From the NCBI GenBank assembly GCA_000004985.1, contig GG738902.1: a stretch of 64,000 bases of DNA. One strand, given 5' to 3'. Position 1 is the first letter of the stretch. Each line of letters opens with the position of its first letter. Both the position numbers and the translations under genes were made by a program. Origin of the DNA: Naegleria gruberi (lineage: Eukaryota). This document shows positions 56,133-64,000 of the stretch, one piece after another. The notes beneath the pieces were generated by a model. The model saw only the letters and a list, made by a program, of their open reading frames with translations. It searched no databases and was not told the DNA's origin.

Positions 56133-56752
56133 TGTTGACAGTTGGCTGGTGATGTGAAATTAAAATATTTTTTTTATATTCGAAAGTGGATTTGAGGTGA
56201 AATGGGTTTTACAATGTGCTGAGTTGGACATTTATGGGCAAATGGAGAAAAACTCCTTTTACTGTTTGTCAACCGAATGATTGAAATCAAAAATTATGTA
56301 AAAATTTTTAAAAACGAAATTTAAAAGATGAAATTGCAGGAACCAAAGTTGGGGAGCATTCATTTATTCACATAAACAATCGCATCAAGTTGCAGTACAG
56401 TTCCTTGAAATTCTATGAGTCCATACGTTTCGAATAATTATTCTATTCTTCGGTCCAACGAAATTGTGGTTTCTAAAATTGAAATTTTTGAAATTGAAAC
56501 TTCGTATTTTGGCCATGTTTAAAAATCGTGACATGCGCACTCTTTCAATAAGAATATTTCACTAACAAGATTAGTCTACACTATTAGAATCTATCCAATA
56601 GGGTGCATTGCATTCTGCTGGAGTAGTTGGAGATCATTGTTGGATTCGAACGAGATTTCTCAATCAATTGCAGCAATTATCCAATTGTGGAAGTTTCCAA
56701 AAAGATTATTCTTTGAATATCCAACGAAACCAAACGAAACTAGATAGAAAAA

Positions 56753-58513
56753 ATGTCCTCAAACCTATTTTCACAACCATTCATGCCTCTGAGTGGTACA
56801 TCCTCTAATGTATCCCAATCAGTTGCATCATCTTCAGCACCAACTTTGAAAAAAAGACGAAACTCTGCAATTATGCAACATTTCGAATTGGAAAAGGAGA
56901 ATTTAGAAGAAAGTATAACTGGCAACAATAGTGGTCCTTCTTCAAAGTTTAGATCTTCATTCAATTTTACAAATCCCAATGAAAAAGCTAAACCAAATTT
57001 GGGTAAGAGAAGAGCTTCCCTTCCAGAAGATAAGATTTGCCTTCAGTTGGAAGATATCGTAGAAGCACCTGGACATTTCATGACTAGTGATCCGATATTC
57101 GATATTTTCAAGAAGATTTCTCAATACATGACAGATAAGGATTGTTTCGAATCGTCACTTTCGTTAGCTTGTTCAAGTGCTAGAGAAGCTGTTTTGCAAA
57201 CACATTTCCTTGGAAAACCTTCGATTATTAATAATTATTTGAAGAATTGGATTGTTTCGTAAGTAGTTTGTTAGAATTTAATATTCGAAAGTTTACAATA
57301 TAGAAAAACATATCAAGATCATTCAAGAAAGGAATTGCCAGAACTTGTTCTTAGATTTAACAATGCGTTGTTTGTTCATATGAATCCAATTCTATTAGTA
57401 TTGTGTGCACAACATGGGTAAGTAGTTTACAACAATTTTTTGGTCAACCACCAATTTATTGTAAACCAAAATTGATCAATCCTCAGCTGTGAAGCCATTC
57501 TATTCGATACAATCAACCATCCCTTCCTCACATTTTCCCTCTTCCGTCAATTGAGCACTCATGACATTGGAGAGTTGATGCAATTCACAGATATGAAATT
57601 TTACAGCATCTTCCATCCACTTGATTTATTCTCAATTCTGTTGTGTGAATCTGTGAATTGTAACTTTTACAATTTGGCCACAACTTTACATAATAATCAC
57701 TTGGTGAATGCTACTTGTCCACTTCATGCTAAGGAAAAGGTTTCCAAGCTTGAGATTATGCTGGAAATTGCATTAGAAAGAGATTTGCCGAAAGCATACT
57801 TCTTCCTGTTGGAGAAACTGGTCGAAATGAAGAGATTGTACATTGAAGAATTGACAGATACCTACAATCGATTGAGTCAATCTCTAGATTCGAATCCAAT
57901 TCGTGAATTAGTTGAAGGTGAAGATGCGTCAAATGTTGGCTGGGTTCCAATCTTTGAAGAAGAAGAACAGGAAATGGAATGGAGTGTCGAGAAGAAACTA
58001 GTCCAACGCTATTTCCACACCAAATTCAAACACTTTGTCTTGGATTGTCCACGAATTTTCTATGAAGGATTTTTGGGCAGTGGAAAAGTTGATGAGCACA
58101 TCTTGCAAGTTCTCAAGAGATTTGTTGGACATTGCTCGACCATTCCAGAGAGGGAGTTTATTGTAGAGAAGTTTGTTTTGGCACTTGTTAGAAATTTGGA
58201 TAAGGATCTTCCATATGTGATTGATTGTTTGTCTGAGCATGTGAATGAGTTTTCGTATGGTTTCTCCAGAGCTGTATTTGGTAATGAAGGTGTTGTAAAG
58301 AATGGCATTCTCAAATCAGTTCATATCTTTAAAACAATTGGTCATCTATTAGAAAGAGAGAAGAATGAGAAGGAAAACAATTCACAAGACTATATATTTA
58401 GTATTGATCAATTGAAAAGAATTTTCGAGGAGATGGAATTCAGACACAACTTTATGGCCCTTGACAACTTTAGAAAGAAACTTCTCTCCTATAGAGATAA
58501 GGATTTAGTTTAA
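56753..58513 (+). CDS. F-box-like hypothetical protein with KEN/RxxL-type N-terminal motifs. Three exons: join(56753..57258,57304..57417,57487..58513).
   Basis: PIFDIFKKISQYMTDKDCFESSLSLACSSAREAV is F-box-like. The donors are tc|GTAAGT and gg|GTAAGT and the acceptors are atAG and tcAG, giving introns of 45 and 69 nt. The frame runs on into track ORF 57551..58513. Confidence 0.5.
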
Positions 58514-58636
58514 TGAAGTGTCGTCCTTGAATAAGATAATAAAAGCATACCTATTGTTCAGTAGTAAAATTATTGAGTCATCCTTTTATCAAGAGAAATT
58601 ACTGGCAAATTGGTGAAATGAAACTTTATATGTACA

Positions 58637-60064
58637 TTATTTTGTAACAGCCTTCTTCTTAATGAAGAACTGTTTGAGCCAAAGTGAGAATAATTGTTCA
58701 TTATCCTTTCCATCCTTAAATTTCATAATCCATGGATGAGTCAGTAATTCTTCAGCGAAAGGTCTCTTATCCTTAGTTGGTTCACAACACTTCAATATAA
58801 AGTCCTTAAATTCTGCACTCAGTTTCTTTTCTGGTTTTAGTGTGGCATCATAATTATTCAATATTTGTAACAGTTCATTCTGGATATTTTCCAATTTATC
58901 TACAATATCAAAATGTGAGAGAGTTGTTAGTGTGCTTAGAGGGTGAACACCAGTCATTAATTCAATAGTTAATACACCCAAACTCCAAATATCAGAATTA
59001 TAATTGTAGGAATACCCTTGTAATCTTTCGGGTGAAAGGTAAATTTTGGTACCATTCACAGTACTAAACATTGTTTTTCCAATATCCTTGTTAGATTCCT
59101 TCTTGTGACCGCAAAGACCAAAATCTCCAATTTTAACTTCAGCTTTTTGTGTATTTTGATCATAGTCCACTAAAATATTCTCAGGTTTAATGTCTCTGTG
59201 AACAATATGTTTTTCCTTTTGCAAATATTGGAGACCCTTCAAAATTTTCTCTACAATTACAGACATCATTCTTTCAGTTGTTCCTTCTGTTACTTTGAAC
59301 ACATCTTTCAAACTTCCACAATTGCAATAATCAAGCAACATGTAAAAACACAAATCTTTGAAATAGCAATTGTACACTTTGAGTAGATTAGGATGATCAC
59401 TTTCGTAAATGGCCTTAAACTCTGCCCATATAAGTTTGTTTTGATCAGATTCATCATCACCAAATGGATTTTCTCCCTTCTTTTCTCTAATAGTTTTCAG
59501 AGCAAACTTTTGACCAGTTTGTTTATGCTTTGCGAGTACTACAGTTCCAAAACTACCACTTCCCAAAGTACCCAACTTGAAACATTCCAAATCATCATAT
59601 GGGATATTCATTTGTTTTTTAGCTTCGTTAGATGTATCATCATCATTAAAGATGAGACCATTAGGACCAATATAATATGATTGTGTTTCTCCGAATGAAG
59701 ATCCCTTTACTAACAAATTCCATCATGTAATTTCATCATTAATTCATAAAAATTCATTTAAATTCCATATTTGATTTGAATTAATTATTCATCTACCAAT
59801 AATTAAAAACTTACATGCTTTACTACCACTCACTGGCGTAGTCAAATCCAAATGAGTTTCGACTCTCAAAATCAAATTCGAGACAAAATTTGTATTTCTA
59901 AATCCAGTTGCTGGTTTATGAGCAGCAACAACTGGTGCTTTTTCCTCCTCATCATCACTATCACATCTGAAATTATCCAATCCGTAGGCAATCATTGGTT
60001 TACCCAACGGTTGTTGTTTTTGTTCTTGTTGATCGCCAAATGTTGAATCATCAAAGGCAGACAT
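58637..60064 (-). CDS. MAP kinase kinase (MEK)-like dual-specificity protein kinase. Two exons: complement(join(58637..59709,59815..60064)).
   Basis: LGSGSFGTVVLAKHK...FALKTI, HRDIKPENILV and DFGLCG are present. The activation segment and P+1 read GTKIYLSPERLQG (SPER is MAP2K-typical). The intron is GTAAGT...ttAG, about 105 nt. Confidence 0.7.
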
Positions 60065-60501
60065 TTTTTTCTACTTGTTTTGTTGTTTGTGTTTGTGATG
60101 ATGAATTACAGTTTGTTTTGAGCCTATTGGAGCGGTTTTGTTTCCTATATTATCAGGTTCATCATCAGTGAAATTCGTGCATGTTTTTGAGATGCGAATC
60201 AAGAGTTTTGTTAGCTAATTGCTGTTTTTATATGTTAGGACGTATTTGTGCTTGTTGGATTTTTAAATGTGATGATTGAAAAACAAAATAGTTTGTTATA
60301 TTATACGTTGTAAAAATTCTATTCTTCTTCTTTTCAATAATAATAATTGATGATGATCAAGTCCGTTCATAATACTACTTCCATGTTCATTCAATCGGAA
60401 GATCAATTATTTAAAAAAATAGATTGACGTTAATAATACTACTTTAACTATTTAAAAAACAACAATAACACTCCAATATTGGCCAATACAGCAATTTTTA
60501 A

Positions 60502-61131
60502 ATGGGAATGAGTTATTCACAATCAGTTAGAGAATTAATAAAACAAGTCGAATCGGAGGATGCTATCATTGTTGATGATCATAGTAAGCTTCCACCTGCA
60601 CTTGTACAACATTCGGATGTTGAGTGGATGAAGATTCTCACCTCTAAACAATATGAAGTGTTGAGAAGGGCTGGAACAGAGCCTAGTTTCTGCTCTGGAT
60701 ACAAGGTTTTCAAAGATCAATTGAAGGAAAACAATCAGGAGGAGGGAGTTTTTCATTGTTCGGGATGTGATGCTCCTCTTTTCTCTGCTAAAACAAGTTT
60801 TGATTCTGGTAAGTGTTTTATTAACAATTCTGTGTAATTTATTTCATACATCAATGATTCAATTATTTGTCAATTTGAATTTATTGGAATGCATTCGTCC
60901 ATTATTTGGAATGAATTTTATAAAGGTTCTGGTTGGCCATCATTCTGGGCTCCTTTTAAGCCAAAAGCCATTGGATATGTAGTCGATAAAAAGTTTGGAA
61001 TGGAACGTGTTGAAGTTGTTTGTACAAATTGTCACTCTCATTTGGGTCACGTATTTGAGGATGGACCTCGTGATAAAACCAAATTGAGATATTGCATCAA
61101 TGCTGTTTGCCTTGCTTTGAAGAAATTGTAA
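60502..61131 (+). CDS. MSRB: Peptide methionine-(R)-S-oxide reductase MsrB (SelR domain). Two exons: join(60502..60808,60926..61131).
   Basis: ...GVFHCSGCDAPLFSAKTSFDSG|GSGWPSFWAPF...VCTNCHSHLGHVFEDGP...RYCINA. The two CxxC pairs and the GWPSF/HLGHVF motifs are restored only after removing the 117-nt GTAAGT...aaAG intron. Confidence 0.8.
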
Positions 61132-61179
61132 ATTAATAATATTTCCAAAATTGTAAATATGATTTTTGTGAAATGATTT

Positions 61180-61971
61180 TTATTGTGCAACGGTGTAATA
61201 TTTAACCTTTCGTTTTATTTTCTTTTCTTCCTGTCGTTTGGACTTTTGGTCATGGAGACTTTTACTCCTAGCATTTGCAGTTGATTCTGCTGGTTCTTGT
61301 GGTGGTATTACATAAATAGGAAGTGATTTGGTGCCATGATTATGAAAAGCTCCACCCAAATTGATTGCAATTTTGGGAGATGGTTCTGCTTGAGGATAGG
61401 AAATGGAAGGTGGTGTTAAATTTAATACAGGCAAAGTGTTTCTCTTAAATCTTAATACCGATTTGTTTGGTAAATTACCTCCATTCGAGAGGAATATTAA
61501 ATTCTTATTCGAGCTGGACCTCAGTTTTCTAGTGAGAGGTGAGAATTGTTCAAGGTTTCCAGAGGAGGACATATCTTTCATGGAACTGTAAATCTTAGAT
61601 TGTTTTTCGAGTGTGATTGTTGTATTCGAAGAAGAAGAGGAAGATGAGGAGGAAGATGATGATGATGAGGATGAAGTAGATGGCCTATAAAAACTCAAAG
61701 ACTCTTCACCCATGTGTGAGGTAATATCTACACTTGGCAAGGACCTTGCTGATGAGGAGTATCTTGTTACACTCTTTCCACGTCTGAACATGGCATCATT
61801 GAGGGAATGATGTTTTCTGTAAATATCTTGTACTTTCTTTCTTCTCTCCTGAGAAAGAACTCGTTTGCAGAGAGGACAAAATTTGTGCTTGTGAATGGCA
61901 CTGGTGCTATAGGATAAATGTTCCAACTCGCAGGAACACTCTGTTATGAAGGAGGACTGGCTAAGACCCAT
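61180..61971 (-). CDS. Hypothetical protein with an N-myristoylation-type start (MGLSQSS), a Cys/His cluster and a 19-residue poly-Ser tract
   Basis: ATG start. MGxxxS consensus. CxC...H..H...CxxC spacing near the N-terminus. The poly-S is encoded by an imperfect (TCN)n repeat at about 61621-61690. Confidence 0.45.
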   Translation of the reverse strand: MGLSQSSFITECSCELEHLSYSTSAIHKHKFCPLCKRVLSQERRKKVQDIYRKHHSLNDAMFRRGKSVTRYSSSARSLPSVDITSHMGEESLSFYRPSTSSSSSSSSSSSSSSSSNTTITLEKQSKIYSSMKDMSSSGNLEQFSPLTRKLRSSSNKNLIFLSNGGNLPNKSVLRFKRNTLPVLNLTPPSISYPQAEPSPKIAINLGGAFHNHGTKSLPIYVIPPQEPAESTANARSKSLHDQKSKRQEEKKIKRKVKYYTVAQ

Positions 61972-62467
61972 GTTAAATATATAATGTTTAATGATGAAAA
62001 GTAAGGCGGAATTATTTAAGGATTCTCATACGAGGGTTATTGTTGAAGTGTATGTACAGCAGCAATTATATAACTTGATATTTTGAGAGAGTATTGCTGA
62101 AACTTGTGAAGTTTGTTTTTTTTTGTGTTGTGAAAAAGCAAGGTCTGTTGGTGTTGATTTTATATTGTTCGATGAAATTTCGCGTAGTTGAAGTTTCCTT
62201 TCATCACTTCGCTTAAGGAGGGTCGCTTTTATACATTTTAGCACACTACCTGATAAGGTGGTGGTCTCTTCTTTTATGCAATCCATGCATGGAGTTGTGT
62301 GCAATAAGGTTCCCCTTCAATTTACAATTACCTTAATATGTATCTAAAGGACGTCTGTCCACTCACAAGATTCAATTTCTGTGTGGATAATAACTCGAAA
62401 TGGTATTAAGGATTCTTGAATATGCGGTTTACCTTAATAACAAGGTTAATGCCTGATTCTTAGAAAT

Positions 62468-64000
62468 TTAGAACTGTCGGTAGTGGGAACTGTTGGTGGT
62501 TTTGGGTTTTGCTAAACGGATGATAGCACATACTATGAGGGATATAAGTAAACAAAAGAGGAAAGCGAGCAACAAACTGCCAATCACCACTGGTGCTATT
62601 ATCCAATTAAGATTCTCCTCAATGCATTTTGATGGCGTTACTGGCTGCCCAACAGACACCTTATATCCTGCATTGCACTGCGAGATGATACAACTATCGA
62701 GCAGGAATCCGTCAATGCATTTCCTTACTGAATTACCGTTCTCAGTTGGACAAGACTTATCTGAATTACATTCATTACCACTGGTTGATCTTTGGCCAGT
62801 GAGAGTATACATTGTATTTGATGATAAATCTAGAATGGATCCAGTCATTGAGGAAAGGAGACAGTTTCCATCTCCTGATGAGGATCCTTCTTTAAGAACA
62901 ACGTTGAAGGTGGCTGTCTTGTCATCAATTTGCATAGATCCTTTCCACTTATCTCCAAAGTATGTACCATTCATATTGAATCTGGTTGAGTAAGCTTGCC
63001 AATTGTATGACTCTCTAATGAATACTGTTTCAACACTTGTCTTGTTATAGGAATCTTTGAGAGTGATGGACCAAGTACCAATGATATAACAATTGAGTCC
63101 AAGGTAATACTTGATAGCCTGATGTGAATCAATATTCTTCAAAATACCATTGTGTGAATATGGGAATGAGAGTCTTTGGGTTGCTTCGAAACCATCTGCT
63201 TCCACAGATTGATAAGTGGCCAATCCATCACCAGAAATGTAGTCATCCATGGCATAGAAAATATTACTAAAGTTGGAAATTACTACATTACTGTTGGCAT
63301 CAACAGAAATGCCTTCACCTTTGAGAATGATAGAAATTGGAGTTGGTTTATCCATGCCAATAATGTTGTAGAAATAGCTTGGCTGATCGAGTTTTGAAGA
63401 ATCATAGATTTGTTTGATAATATTGTTGGAAGCTTTCGATGTGTAAATATCATCTCTGAATGGAATAACTCGTGACTTGGCATTATTTTCACCATAGTAT
63501 ACAGTATTTTCTTTCAGGAAAGATTTCAAACCTTGAATCACTTGATCTTCAGTTACTGAAACTCCATTAATTACAATTCTTGGAGTGAGAGAACCTCCAA
63601 CATTCTTTGCCTTGTTGCTGAGTGCCATTCTTTCATAATGTGCAATAGAACCTAACGAAACATCTCTCACAGCCAAAGCATCCAACTTGATATTATTCAA
63701 ATTTCCTCCAAAAAGTGATGAAGCAATCCAATCTCTTCCTGTTCCTTGCCAGGGAGTGGCAAAACTAATGTGAACATTGACAGACTTGTAAAGTTCACGG
63801 TTAACAACATATGCTGTTTTTGAGACGTAGCCTCCCATACTGTGAGAAATGAGATTGACCTTGTTCGCCTTGGTTAGAGTCTTAATATTTGCAATATAAG
63901 TTGACAATTTGAATGCTGAGTTAATGATAGAATCTCTCCAATCATATGGAAATGCAAACAAAGTCACTCCTTCCTCATATCCAATTGACTTTAAATATTC
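62468..64000 (-). CDS. LCAT/PDAT-family lipase (lecithin:cholesterol acyltransferase-like) with a C-terminal Cys-rich EGF-like module and a TM anchor. 5' partial, continuing beyond the window end.
   Basis: ...FPYDWRDS... (the LCAT-family YDWR motif), the GHSMGG lipase nucleophile elbow (ISHSMGGY), and the C-terminal CxxGYxxC...C module followed by a hydrophobic helix and stop. The reading frame stays open to position 64000. Confidence 0.6.
   Translation of the reverse strand, partial: EYLKSIGYEEGVTLFAFPYDWRDSIINSAFKLSTYIANIKTLTKANKVNLISHSMGGYVSKTAYVVNRELYKSVNVHISFATPWQGTGRDWIASSLFGGNLNNIKLDALAVRDVSLGSIAHYERMALSNKAKNVGGSLTPRIVINGVSVTEDQVIQGLKSFLKENTVYYGENNAKSRVIPFRDDIYTSKASNNIIKQIYDSSKLDQPSYFYNIIGMDKPTPISIILKGEGISVDANSNVVISNFSNIFYAMDDYISGDGLATYQSVEADGFEATQRLSFPYSHNGILKNIDSHQAIKYYLGLNCYIIGTWSITLKDSYNKTSVETVFIRESYNWQAYSTRFNMNGTYFGDKWKGSMQIDDKTATFNVVLKEGSSSGDGNCLLSSMTGSILDLSSNTMYTLTGQRSTSGNECNSDKSCPTENGNSVRKCIDGFLLDSCIISQCNAGYKVSVGQPVTPSKCIEENLNWIIAPVVIGSLLLAFLFCLLISLIVCAIIRLAKPKTTNSSHYRQF

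Noticed and set aside
56600-56670. A tRNA-like T-arm signature, GGATTCGAACG (reverse complement CGTTCGAATCC), near 56640
   Set aside because: I could not fold flanking sequence into an acceptor stem, D-arm or anticodon arm on either strand. The T-stem pairing fails (c-c mismatch), and there is no A-box or B-box spacing. It is probably a chance match.
1-64000. CRISPR arrays, restriction-modification or toxin-antitoxin-like operons, or other prokaryotic defence systems
   Set aside because: There are no short regularly spaced direct repeats and no Shine-Dalgarno-coupled operons. The sequence is eukaryotic: spliceosomal introns, poly-N/Q proteins and eukaryote-specific families such as eIF2B, copine, PPWD1 and F-box.
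1-64000. Retrotransposon or DNA transposon ORFs (RT, integrase, transposase, DIRS/TRE-like)
   Set aside because: No translated frame shows RT (YxDD), integrase (DDE or HHCC) or transposase motifs. The only TE-like structure is the 26-bp inverted repeat at 28541/28914, reported separately as a finding.

Overview
This window is not prokaryotic. It reads as a compact, AT-rich eukaryotic nuclear region with about 37 protein-coding genes in 64 kb (roughly 1.7 kb per gene) on both strands. Many genes carry very short spliceosomal introns, mostly 40-50 nt with GTAAGT, GTATGT or GTAGGT donors and AG acceptors. Gene content and style point to an amoebozoan, probably a dictyostelid social amoeba. The evidence is copines, F-box/LRR expansions, a DUF2828-like vWA protein, a penicillin-amidase family protein, N/Q/S/T homopolymer-rich proteins and short GTAAGT introns. 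This assignment is inference only. The supplied ORF track behaves like a prokaryote-style caller. It appears to translate TTG/GTG/CTG starts as M and it splits most multi-exon genes into two to four fragments. I rebuilt the gene models by hand from donor/acceptor motifs and frame continuity. Exon coordinates should be good to within a few bases but were not machine-verified. Recognisable products include eIF2B-alpha, PPWD1 (cyclophilin fused to WD40), a copine, tryptophan 2,3-dioxygenase, MsrB, a 5'-nucleotidase, choline/ethanolamine phosphotransferase, a penicillin-amidase family Ntn hydrolase, a MEK-like MAP2K and two other kinases (one probably a pseudokinase). Others are a TUL1-like transmembrane RING-H2 ligase, a PRM10/ThrE-like transporter, an LCAT-like lipase, NHL and SGL beta-propellers, ankyrin and four F-box proteins. 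There is no CRISPR array, rRNA, tRNA, recognisable transposon or prokaryotic defence/biosynthetic operon. I do not see a single spectacular novel system here. The most interesting signals are an identical E2F-type 12-mer (TTTTGGCGCCAC) in two bidirectional promoters plus a third E2F-like site, an unannotated three-exon micro-gene with a Par3-N-terminal-like fold, a perfect 26-bp inverted repeat that bridges a kinase stop codon and the next promoter, and several split genes the ORF track missed.
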